64,000 bases of DNA from assembly GCA_977030845.1 (NCBI GenBank), contig OZ365112.1:18352001-18416000 (forward strand), in the 5' to 3' direction. Each line of letters begins with the position of its first letter. Position 1 is the first letter of the stretch. The stretch is from Fimbriosthenelais zetlandica. Taxonomy: Eukaryota. Below the pieces are notes generated by a model that was given only the letters and a program-made list of their open reading frames with translations, did not search any database and was not told where the DNA came from. The position numbers and the translations under genes are program-made. Shown piece after piece: positions 27,522 to 39,826 of this stretch.

Positions 27522-28356
27522 ATGACTGGGGATGGCCGGTGTGAAACTTGGTCTGATGTCTGACCTTGATCACTGAAGCGTTGAAAAAGTTGAAGCTATT
27601 TCGGGCTCATTTTCTCTCCAACTTCATATCACGTGATCCTTTGCAGATCGATTTCTAAAAAGTTGAATATCTCTGCAATTAAGGGCTCAAAAAATACAAA
27701 ATAAACGGACCTTTCTTAGTTGGGAAGTACTCTAAATGGTGGCTAGGTTTTTGAAGCGGGAAAATTGATTTAAAATTTTAAGACTTTGAAAATGGGCCCA
27801 TTTTCCCACATTGGCATTGATCTCAATGGATGGAGCAAGCCTGAGGGACAGAGGCCCTAGCGGCGAAACGGTGAACTATTTATCATGATCTAGCCAACGC
27901 AGGGTCCAAACCGAATACCAGCCGGCTCGGTAGTTCACCGTTTCGCCGCTAGAAATCTCGGGTCGCCACTGTCGCCCTGGCTTGCTCCCTCCATAGAGAT
28001 TGTGAAAATGAGCTCATTTTCAAAAACTGAAATTTTAAATCAATTTTCTCGCTTCAAAAACATGGTCAGCATTTAGAGTACCTTCCAACTAAGAATAATC
28101 CGTTTATTTTTTATTTTTTGAGCCCTTAATTGCAGAGATATTCAACTTTCTAGAAATCGAGATGCAAAGGATCATGGGAGGAGGTAAACTTGGAGAGACA
28201 TTTAGCCCGAAATAGCTTCAACTTTTTCAACGCTTCAGTGATCAAGGAGCTTCAGTGGGCATGCGCGGCAGGTTTGTAGAGGAGGAGGAGCGTTGAAGGG
28301 GACGGCAAGCTCTGTGAGACATCAGACCAAGTTTTACACCGCCCAACCCCAGTCAT

Positions 28357-28442
28357 GTGCCTCGTGGTCAAGTGGCTAGAGCGCTAGCACACTGTGTAAG
28401 AGGTCGCCGGTTCGAACCCTGATTTGGGAACGCTTATTTTTT
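28357..28442 (+). ncRNA. tRNA-derived Pol III element
   Basis: A box, B box, T6; shares private variants with the copy at 22950-23035. Confidence 0.75.
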
Positions 28443-28745
28443 CTGAAAGAATCTCCTTAATTGGCAAACAAGGCCTGAGCGTCGAGAGTCAACTCCGCCT
28501 GGTGCCGCTACGGTCGCCATTGTTGATGATCTCTGTATCTGGGATGACCAGATTCACAGGTCACCAACATCAGCGACCCCCAAGCGGCACCAGGCGGAAC
28601 TGACTGTCGCCACTCTGATGCTACCTTGTTTGAGATCATGTAGTTCATCATCCATGTTGACCTATCTGCATTGGCAGGTTCACCGGCCAAGAGAATACCC
28701 AAGCCAACGTGCCACCAGTGCCCCTTCCAAGGAGATTCTTTCAGG

Positions 28746-28830
28746 AAAAATATGCCTTCCCAGATGAAGTTTCGAACTCGCCACCTCTCACTTTGAGCGC
28801 TAGCGCTTTAACCACTTGACTGCGACACAC
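28746..28830 (-). ncRNA. tRNA-derived Pol III element, diverged copy
   Basis: Minus-strand GTCAAGTGGTTAAAGCGC and AGTTCGAAAC, T5. Confidence 0.55.
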
Positions 28831-31800
28831 AGGACTGGAAAAACTCTCTCTTAATCCTGACTAGGATAGTTGGAGTTCCTCAGAATGAGATTTCCCGTGC
28901 GATAGGGATGTCCCCCATGCCCCGCCAGCACATGTATACTTCCCTCCCAAAATTAATTTAAAATCCCTATCGGTCCGCTATGTTAGTTGCGTATGATCCC
29001 CTGCATGAGCCAAGACTTGTTCCCGAGCCATATGTAGTTCACCGTTTCGCCGCTAGAAATCTCGGGTCACTACTGTCGCTCAGGCCTGCTCCTTCCATAG
29101 AGTACAATGCTAACCTGGAAAAATGACTCCATTTTCAAAATTTCAATTTTTAAATCAATTTTATTCATTCCAAAAGTATGTCCTAACATAGTTCAGCTCT
29201 CAACTAAGATTTATCAGATAAGATCGTAATTTTAGGCCCAGTAGTTTTCGAGAAATTAAAGAAATAAAAAAACCGTCATTTTTATCTACTACTTACAAAC
29301 GCTCGAGGCGCGCATAATTACGGCCACTAGAAGAACTAAGTCCCATTGAGTTAACGTTAGCCCCTTAGTTTCATATAATTATATTATCCAAGCTTAGATA
29401 TATATCCTGTGTTGCAGCGGCTCAATATATTGACTGTATTGTGCACATTTTCTGAATGTTCCACTGGATTTGCCGACTCGGGTATCTAGAACCCACCCTG
29501 AGCACGAACCGCGTCGGTGGACATCCACCCGGACATCCACTACACTACTGGCGCTGGCTGATGGCTTCCCTCGAGGAGTCGCGGCGGGGGTAGCTCCTTA
29601 GACATCGAACCTCCCAGTCCGTTCAGCTACCATAGCTGGAATAAGACATTACTCAATACTGGTTTTAATATAGGGCCTACAGACATAGAAAATATATAAC
29701 ATAGGCTATAGGGAATCAGACGCGACTAGCATAGGGAATCAGACCCGTCAACCATAGGTAATTAATAGGGAATCTTATAAATGCATGCCTCGGGCAATTC
29801 TGGGCAAAGCGGATGATTGTTTGTATATATATACGATCCAGAATTGTATGGATGTATTACATGGATTGACAGGGGGTTTGATTTTATAATACTTGTATTT
29901 GCAAGTACACAGAATGATCTATCAGGAAGCTGAAGATTGAATGTGACGTACATGTATTCTTTCCATTTTGCAACTAACAACAAAGACTTTCTTTGTTACT
30001 TTTGAACAAACAAAAAGGTCGAGTCATCTCCATTTGTTGTAAATATGTTTGAAATGAAGGCAAACAAAATTGCGTCGCGAACTTTAGGCTGAGGTGTGTT
30101 ATCTTTGTGTTGATGGAGGTTGCGTTATTTTGTCGTGCCTTCACAGTAAAAGCATACTGTTTCCATTTAGTCGTTTGATCAGCCTATTGCTGTTTGACAA
30201 TATTCATTTCCTAAGGGTATTGGGAGGAAAGACACAAAAGGGCAACAGTTTGGGACTGGTACTCTTGTGATGGATGGGAAGGGGAGTGGGAGATTCTCAA
30301 AGCTTCCTCATAATGTTGATCAATCAAAGAGTGGCTATTTCCTTCTGTAGTCTCGTCATCTTGGAAATATGAACGTCGTGGAGTCCCGGGCCACCGTTTA
30401 AAGATGCGATATTCCATACAGGATTTAGCATATCAGGATAGCCAGCCCATCAGGTGGTCCTAAGCCAGGGATATATCTGTCTCCAACATGAGAGAACAGA
30501 CATTTGATAAAAGCCCGGCCCTCTTTGCACGTTCCAACCATTAATGGGCGCCACTTGAAACACAATAGGCCTGCTGTCTTTTTCCTCGCTCCAAGACAAA
30601 GCTTTAAAACTATTGAACTATCGAGCAAAGAAAAACAGTATGTATCATCTTGAATCCAAATCAAACAAGTCAGACCCATGCCCATCACCAGTATAACGTC
30701 TGCTGGCTGCTTTTTTGATATATCAAAGTACGTGTTGGATTGAGGGAAGGAGATCCTCCTGTATTTCCCGTCATTGTCTTGGGGCGCGTTTCAGCCGTCC
30801 CCTATAAGCCAACCGCTCTGGCTCTAACAACGCCAAACGGGCAGGAACTTTTCATCTCACATCCGACTGGTGTTTTAAGCGGGAAGATTCAGATCAATGG
30901 AAAAAACAGAGAGTGGAAAGCTTCTCACGCCGACCACATCCCAACCAGTGGATTGATTGCACCAAACAATATCAGTTTACAGGGCCAGAACGCGCTCCCT
31001 CCCACCAACGTCACGCGCCACCATAGGAACAAGTTGAAGTGTCGTCTGGAGATTCTCTCACCAAACCTTGAAGTTTGCTGAATTCCCACCTCTTTGCACA
31101 ACATCAAAAGCGTCGCCCTTACTGAGGTCAATTTCTTGATAGAGTTTTCGATCAATGATAGCCTAATACAATCCTATAATTCTAATAAATGGAAAATGTC
31201 ATGACAATGTTTTAGGGGAAGGGGCACAGAATGGTATCTGGTAAATCCTGTGGAATCTGAAATCGTTGAGAAAGTATTGATTGAATGGAAATTAATACAA
31301 ACGGAAGTAAAATATATATTTTTCTCCGTAAGGGAAAGAGCATAGTGTATTTTTAAGACAAAGGGCGACAGAAGTTCCTCGCCATAATTGGACAGCACTT
31401 CAATGTCGATATCTTGTATTCTAATGTAAGTCGATAACTCCGACAAAAGCACTTTCCTTTCCGACGATTAATCCCTAACATCCGGGGATCATTATTGATG
31501 AAAGTAAATGGAGTTGACACAGTCGAGAGAGAGCATAGTATGGCGCGCCTTTGTGTAATAAATTGATTACTTTTCATCTGCTTATTTTTTAGGCATGTTA
31601 TTCGGGATAGCTGCTTTTCAGACAAGGCAAGGGATGTGACTTTGCATATGAGAGGAGGAGATGGTATCGAACAATCAAGAAATGTTGTAATGGATGCAGG
31701 CAAATCAATTATGAACAATGTTTGAAATAGTGAGTAATAAAAGAGCAATTATTTTTGCGGTGCAATATTTTTCAGCATTCTCATAATATTGTAAATTGGT

Positions 31801-34800
31801 ATTTTTTAGCGAAAAAGTGACCACCTACAAAGACCAGAGATGTTAACCGAAAAGCAGCCACCGAAAATTATGCCCATAGGTAATTAGCTCAGTGCACAGA
31901 TCTAGGCTTCCGGTGACAAGGCCTCGTTATGAAATAGGTTTCTCTCGGGTAGGCCAATTATCAGAATTTTATCCCCTTAAAAAGAGTGAAAGGGACTCAA
32001 AATTTTAATTTATGAACGCTGGCAACAAACCTGGTTAGCATCAACTGTTTCTATGTAAGGCCTATAATATAACCGGAAACAGTATTTTTTGCGCTTGACA
32101 CTCTCCCCAAACCCGGACTTCAAAAGATGGGGCAATTTGTCGATATGTCGTAAAGACATACATGAGGGTACGGTGTCAGCTTCCTTCTGACGAATTGCGT
32201 CCACCTTGCTGACGTCAGAAATCTTAAACAAGCCTGCCAGATGAAATGAACATTTTCTGTTACCCAACTCTGACATTACACATCAAACCAGGACTGGCTC
32301 TCTGAGTCCCCGCAACACCAAAGGCAGCCAAGCCTTTGCCAATGCAATCACAAGATTCCCGCCTTTTTCAGTATGATTACGAACATATTACCTGCTGCTT
32401 TCCGAGCCTTGAAGATGGACCACCAAATGACATGGGGTCATGGGGTCATGTCTTTACTCGGGTCAACAGGGTTGGTTCATCTCTCTTCAGGGGAAGCTGT
32501 GCACGACTGCCATGTCTATGGCGATACGGGACACTGCACGATCGTTTTTTATGCGACTGGGATGGGCGCAAATCTTCCAATTCCATCATTGGGAAGAGAG
32601 ATGCCAAACATGTGGATGGAGAATAAACTGATGGGCCTTATGCCTTAAGTTTTCGGCCAGATGAAAGAGTTAATTAATCTGACAATGTATCTCATGATGC
32701 GAACGAAGGAAGACAAAACAACTTCAATCAAATTTACGTCTTAGACATTTTGGAAATTTATTACAGAAATAAAGTAGCAACAATATATAAATACATATTG
32801 CAATTTTCAAATGCACTTCTCTTTTCCCGGATGCGTGTGAGGTGGTTGGGAAGAGGCCTGACTGGGATGCCAGGGGACCCTCTACCCAACTCATCCCACT
32901 TACAACGAAGGGACGCCACCTCCAGCCGTGGAGAAGACTGCCCTCCCCTACATCAGGAACAGATAAGTGACAGGAGGATCGACTCATTTAACTTTTTATG
33001 GTTCCAACACTTACAACCACTCCCTGATTTTAATTTTGGTTCATTCTAAATCGTTAAAAGAAGTATTTTGGCGTTTATACTTCAATAGTTAAATCGCTGT
33101 AAACAAGGACAAAACATCAGTTGACAAAGAGTGGGGGCAGAGGACTGTCAACTGTTATTAAGTTTATGGGTTAATATTGAAAACCCTCATTTAACCCCGA
33201 AATGGCTTAGAGTTAAAACATTAAATCATAAGTCTAGGACCCTTGACATAATCTGTTTCAGAAACAAATAGATGACATAAACAGTAAAGTCTAGCATCGG
33301 GGACAAAATGAATACTTTATATAATTTTCAGTGAATAGCTGAACCCCATTTACGTATTTGTACATATATTATTTTTTATTTAATGATGCTGCGGATGCTT
33401 TGTACAACGAATGATACATCATGAGAGATTGCAGTTATACTGGACCTCGGGCTATTGGAACCGTGGGTCATAAGGGTTCATGAGATCCAACCTGACATTG
33501 TGACGTCACATTTTTATCACGTGCTGATCACGTGACAGGCCAGAACCGTTCTGATAGGCTGAAGCAAAACGGAAGCAAAACAAGGGCGCCATTTGTCTCA
33601 TTTGTAAATTTTTGTTTGGTGTATTGTGCCAAAAAGGAAAGGAGCTGCTATGAAAAGGATTAAAGCTTGAATATCTTGATTTGCTAAGGGATAGTTGCAC
33701 AATTTGGCTGGATTTTGAGCAGTTATATTGACGCGAGCAGTTAGGCATATATTTAAAAATGAACCTGACCAATGTGACGTACAATTTTTAGTGCGTTCAA
33801 TTCACAGAACAAAGGCTAACATCTACCAAATAGTACACATTCTAGTTAGAGTCCTTGTTCAATTACATACCCGGGCAAAACTTACAAGTTTCTGTACAAA
33901 TAATTACCGACAAACTGAACATATTGTACATGTATATATCTAGAAAACAACCGTAGGTTTCTTAGTATATTCATAAAAGTAGTAACCCCATAGGTGCCCA
34001 TACTAATGCTCGCTCCAGCATCAATGAACCCAGTAATCAGAGGATAATAATGATAAGAACATGACAATATTTACTCACCCCAGCTCTTCAGACACTCCTT
34101 TTTGTTATCAACCATTGTGTTATAAGTTTCCTTTTTATGTGAAGTAGAATTGGCAGAAATTGACTCTTGTACAAAACAATAAATACTAAAATCTCAATAC
34201 CATTCTCACTGCACATTTCTTACCAAGTATACACCAAGACCAAATGTTACATATACCAGCCCACATTAACAGGATGTGCGCTGAAAATCTGACAGTTGAG
34301 CAACAAACCCAATCTATATATAGATATATATGATTATTTATTGTCTTCAGGCCCGCCCCATGGTTATTACAATGTAATAATACGAAGAAAATCGCAACAA
34401 CCTTCCTCTTGAAACCCAGTGTATTTGAGGCACTTCAAAAAGCCGAGCTAGCATCATATATTACAGCAGGGAGTTTGGGAGGACACTGTGAGGTGAAATA
34501 TAAGGGACTGGGCTGGACCACAGGCAACATTTATCAGTCAATTCAATGGGAAACTTCAACCTAAATATGCACCGGCTAAAACGGATAAATTATTCCAAAA
34601 AGTTGATGTCTTTTGTTATATAAATATCACGAGGTCCGTTGGTAAGGGGCGAGGTTCATCCATCACAAAAAATAAAGTTAAATTTCTAAGATTATAACCA
34701 CCTTTTGGGATGAAAGGCTGAATGAAGAAGCCATCAGGTTTGTAGTGATGGTTATTAGTTAAGGATAATTAATTACCCTGTATCGCCATCAGAATGATGT

Positions 34801-37101
34801 CATAGTTTTTTAACTGTCAACAAGATATATAACATGGTCTGATACAGATAGAATGGTGCTCCTCCCGCACCACCATTATCCCAATTTGTACAGCTTTTAT
34901 CTACTTTTGTAAGATAAGAGTCAGGTAATTTTAGTTAACTCAAGACCAAGATTGAATATTTCCAAAAAGACACAGACATATATGTTCTGGGTTTAGACAA
35001 TGAAGGTGTACTTCCTCACAGTATTTTCGACATAACCATAATTAAAATACATATATTTATATAAAATCCATACAATTTTCTTCATTATCTTCCAATGAAC
35101 AACGACTAGTTCTGAGGCATATATAGCTTGCCCTATTTATGTCATGGTCCTAATTTAATAAAGATTACTACTTCACCGTTACCCTTTCCATTTCATTTAT
35201 TCAATTCCTAACGTGTCAAAGAGCTGCATACAGGAAATTTTTAGGGTTACATAGACTGAAATCTTCATCTTGATAAAACAGCGAGGATAAAATGCCCAAA
35301 GGAGTTAGGACTCGGTTAGGTTGAAACCATTTTGTCTCAAAGCTGAGTGAGAGGGTTTTATAGAGAGCCATGACACATGCAATTTGTTACAAAGTATACG
35401 GCATTAATATCTAAACGACGTACACATACACTCACACATCCTCAATATTGGTGGTTTGACGCACCGGAACCAGTTAAAAAGACAACACAAACGTCATGTC
35501 TAAACTTCCGGTCAGAGGTCACACCCACCGCCGTCACAAAGGCCCCCGGCTCGGCAGGGGGCGCATTGTGACCTAATTAAATACACTAAAGACAAGTTAA
35601 CATACAATTGTGTAGAAAGTCCCATTGAAATGGTAAAACACCACCACTGAAATATTATCATGAAGTCCAGATTTCTAAGATAAAATAAGATCACATTCAT
35701 CTTGGAGTCTGGAAGATATGCACATGTACAGAGGTTGATTCTTGCTCGTCAGGAGTCCCGTCTAACTAATGTTTGTACAGTAAAAATATCCAACAAATCA
35801 TCACCACTCACTACACGGGAATGCCACATAGGCCTACTTTTCACTAACGTCTCAGTGCCTAGTTTCACTAAAACACCACAGATTTTATGAAGCGATTCCA
35901 CGAATGAAAAAAAAAATCAATGTATAAAAGCCTTTCATTTGTAAAAGAGGAAATCTCTGCACTTTGCCTGCCCATTTCTCGCACGCCAAACTACCTGAAC
36001 AATTCCTGTGAAAGGAACAAATAAGATCCAAAATATTAAGCATCCATTTCCAACTAATCTTTGGTTTTGACCTTTCCCATCCCAAAATGTTTAATAATCT
36101 TAAAATTAAATTAACAAAACCTAAGCATTTATCTATGTCACACATGAGCTCGTGGTGACTTAAGCAACTAAGGGATAGCGACAGTGGATGTGACCCTACC
36201 GTGACCTTGACCTGGTTATGAACGACCTTGACCTCCACGTTGACCATAACCCAACATAGTGGTTTCCATGACTACACACTGTTTTTTCATGGTCGCCTAT
36301 CTACAAAGAACACAATACTGTAGTCTTGGCAATGATATTTACACAATATTATTAATTTTTTTCTAAACTTGGTATACAAAAACAGGTGAGTGCTTGGCTA
36401 CCCCTCCAGGCTGTTGACCTTGGCGTGACCTTGAGAAGTGCCTGGTGCAGTTTTCTTATGTTTTTGTCATCCCACACAGATGGGATGCGTAAAAATGAAG
36501 ACAATAAAAATAAACCGTGCATCTTCATTCTTATGTACTGTAGTATGCTGTTTGTTTTTGTTCCTTCCCATCCCTGGCATTAAATTTTCCCTGCTTCCAA
36601 TCCCCATTTGTATATATATAATATATCTATACATTTATGTATATATATTTCTCTTTTTTCCATTGTCAATATGATTTTAGTCCATTCTCAAGATAAATTT
36701 GTCCATTGATGTCGTCATACAAGGAGCTAGATTTCTTTGGCTTCATCCTGGATCAGTTTATTCCTTCTCAAGGAGGACGCATAAGATGCCTTGACGGATC
36801 TTGAAGTCAACTCCGCGCGGGTCTCACACATTTCTAATGTCAATCCAAGGGCTCACTGGTACATGATTAAGAATCCACTTGAATGCATGTAAAGGAATAC
36901 TTTCGAAACGGCTCTGTCCATAGATAAAAATGTCCTATAGGTATTGATGGATACTCTTCTCCTTTTTCACACGATAAGCTAACTTTTTGTACAGAACAAT
37001 TACGAATGGTGATGCTCTTCCATCAATAGTAACTGGTAGTAGATGTAATAGTAGTAATAGTATTAGTTGTAGTAGGTAGGTAGTTGGTGATTATGGCTAA
37101 A

Positions 37102-37507
37102 TCACGTCACGAGCACAGCGGGGACGTGTGCCGTATTGGAACTGTTTGCAGCTAGGCTGCCGGCACTGGTCGTCACCGTGCTATGCAATGAGTCCTGGTT
37201 GGAATCTGACGGCGGATGATTATGATGCGATACGTCCGGCTGACGGGATGTGAGAGGCTGCGATCGCTGGGTAGCGATCACGGCCGACGGGGAGGTTGGC
37301 TCGCTCTGTGAAACACCTGGGTGCTGTATCCCGTCGTCGGCTGTCGTAGATGATGATGGTGCAGGCGAACCTTGTGACGACCCGTCAACGTCGGTCGTGG
37401 AATCGATTGTAGCAATACTTCCACCGCCCTCTCCATCATCATCATCATCGTCATCAGAACCACTACCGTCTTCGCCCGTCATAAACCGGATACACTTCTT
37501 CTTCCGT
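37102..37507 (-). CDS. TCF: TCF/LEF terminal exon (end of the C-clamp, RRKKKCIRF, plus acidic and S/T-rich tail)
   Basis: ttttgcag acceptor; phase 2 completes PCR|RKKKCIRF; open to the TGA at 37102-37104. Confidence 0.95.
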
Positions 37508-39826
37508 CTGCAAAAGAAACATTCCAAGATATAATTAGATAGCGTCACATTGTTAATACCCATGGTGAAGTCAACTCAGAAAAGCAAAAACCATGTGCTT
37601 GAGTTAACAACAGAATAAATCCAAACCAACTGTGTGAACTCACCACCATCAAAATATAAATTACCCATGAAAGACACTTAGTACGACGTTATACGTCATA
37701 CACGTCATGTCACAACCAATTTCTCCAAAGCATACAAGGAAAATGTGGATGCATTGAGTGCGTGGTCTCAGCTAGTCCATGAATGTCATGGACTTATGCA
37801 TAAAGAAAACAAAAGGTGTATTAATAGGTTCCCTCTAATATGAACCACCAAATAACCAATGATAGAAAAATAATGGTGAGATAGAGCTAGTAATGGGGTA
37901 ATGGACCATAAAATCGGGGAATGGCCTCACAGAAATGAAAAGATCGAATTTAGTCTCCAAAATTAAAATCGTTTCTCTGTTGATCAACTCGTCAAGCCAC
38001 TTGCAGTTTCCCGGCAAAAATTATTAGTAAGCACTAAGCGGCAGACTGTCTTTTCAAAAATCGTCTGCTTGGGAGAAACTGGCCAGGTAATAAGCTTTGT
38101 TAGATGGTGATCAGTGAGGGGTGGGTGATAAAATAAATCAATTCCAAGATGTTTTGTGTTACCCGAAATAAACGGCCCAACTGATGAAGAAGTGATTGGT
38201 GCTTTATGGGAGCAAAAGTTGGCATCCCAAGTGTGTGAATTGTTATAATGTGAAAACGGTGCAATAACAGCACTGCTTCAACTCTCAGCTGGATAACCCA
38301 TTACAACCAGTCAAAAGGGGTTGTCACAACTGATTTTTTGTGTTTGTGAATATTTCTCTGACTTAATCCCTAACTTGTTAAATAAGGTTACAATCTGACT
38401 AATGCATCTTATCCTAATGTTTCACATTCATGTTAACTTATCTATCACTGCCTTGAAGCGTAGACTTTTGCAAGCCTGCATGGGAAAGGTCTGATTGTTA
38501 AAAGCCTGACCCACTCAAAACTTAATGCACATAACTCGACAACTCTAGTATGACATATGGCAAAACTAAATTAGGTTAGCTAAATATCATACAGCTTGAT
38601 AAGTAGAGTTAATCTCTTGACTTAAACTTCACATAATTATGGCTCTTGCAGCGCAAAAATACAATACGCCTGTCAGTGTATAGGATTTATAAGTTAAGCG
38701 TACACAGAAACTCAGATTACTATGAAATTAATTATAGCAGATGCCGTATAATAAAAAAAAAATAATCAACTCATATGAAAAGTAATGAAATATAGACAAT
38801 ATTTCAACAAAGTTCGTAAAATAATTTAAAAAATATTCATGGATATATCAATACCCAAAGGGGTGTAGTGTAGACAGCCAATGTAATGTTTAATACAACC
38901 CTAACTATGCGATTACATCAAATGTACAAAAAGCCAGGCATCCGGGTGACATTGCCACAAATTGCCACTAAAGCACCAATGGGCCACAGATAACAGACAT
39001 GATAAAAGCATGCAGTCACAACAACAGACACCCAGTAGTGTGTGGATCTATCTCCCCATCAACTCCTCCTCCTCCAGGGTGCTATGTGGGTTAAGATTCT
39101 CCTCCTACATACCCTGTATCCTTATCCTTCTCATCACCCTCCTTATCCATCTTTAAAACCCAAAGTCCCAAAAAGCATGAGCCACAGACATTTATACAGA
39201 CACAGACACAGACATACATTAAGAGAGCCAGAATGTCCTTTATGGGGGGTGGGGCGGGTTAACTTTTGTTTTCCACGTCTGATGATCAGCGTTCCTCTGA
39301 ATCTAACCACGCCAGGCAGTGGCGGTGTGGGACGGCCGGGAACTAGAGAGTAACCGTTAGCCTTCAACCATTGAACACACTGAACAAGCAAACTTGCATT
39401 TATCTCCAAACAAAATCTCAAATTTCCTTTTCAAAAATTTGGAGGCACTACTTTCTGTGCAAGCATCAAGTACAGTGATGCCCAAGGAGGAAATGGAATG
39501 TTGGTCTTTTTCAACGGAAGATTCATAAGTGGGTCATATATGCCAAAATCACTGAACTTCGGAAATGGGATAAAATGCAAGTTTACGTTGAGTACTGGTT
39601 GTACATAAAAAGATAATAAGGTATATATAATAACAAGCAAGCAGTGCTGTTTTCCCTGGATAAAAAGTAGGAACCACATGCAGGCATACAAGTCACGGTC
39701 AACTGAACGAGTAAGGCATGCCACGAGCTGAGAGTCAAGTCACAATCCTGCTAGTTAATATACCTGGCACGCGGAGTAGTTTTATCAATCACAGATCCGC
39801 AGAGCTCTCGACTACATTTTGCTTCG

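Larger units (their letters stand above)
27424..28454. repeat. Palindrome unit 4 (about 1.03 kb), centre inverted, left arm diverged
   Basis: The left arm at 27540-27800 carries a deletion of roughly 80 bp and many substitutions; the centre is oriented as in unit 3. Confidence 0.93.
22150..29240. repeat. Complex tandem array of about 1.5-kb units built from long palindromes and tRNA-derived elements
   Basis: The landmark AGATTCTTTCAG(A/G)AAAA recurs at 22939, 24429, 25921, 27424 and about 28733 (periods 1490, 1492, 1503, about 1309); diverged partial copies lie on both flanks. Confidence 0.97.

Noticed and set aside
22940-28450. Calling the A/B-box cassettes true tRNA genes
   Set aside because: The acceptor stem does not pair, the D stem is mismatched, and the anticodon loop (ACACTGT) lacks U33 and has a broken stem. 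They are tRNA-derived only; tRNAscan-SE should score them as pseudo or not at all.
22346-29056. CRISPR-like array (recurring 22-bp repeat)
   Set aside because: The context is eukaryotic, the intervening sequences are themselves repeated rather than unique spacers, orientations alternate, and there are no cas genes.
30700-31170. DIRS/Ngaro reverse transcriptase or tyrosine recombinase remnant
   Set aside because: Only faint word-level resemblance (e.g. DGKYRRISFP). No catalytic motif (YxDD, HSFRIG) was found in any frame I translated.
39196-39216. (ACAGAC)n, (TA)n and (TAG)n low-complexity tracts near 39200, 36610 and 37050
   Set aside because: Very short, ordinary microsatellite-like sequence.
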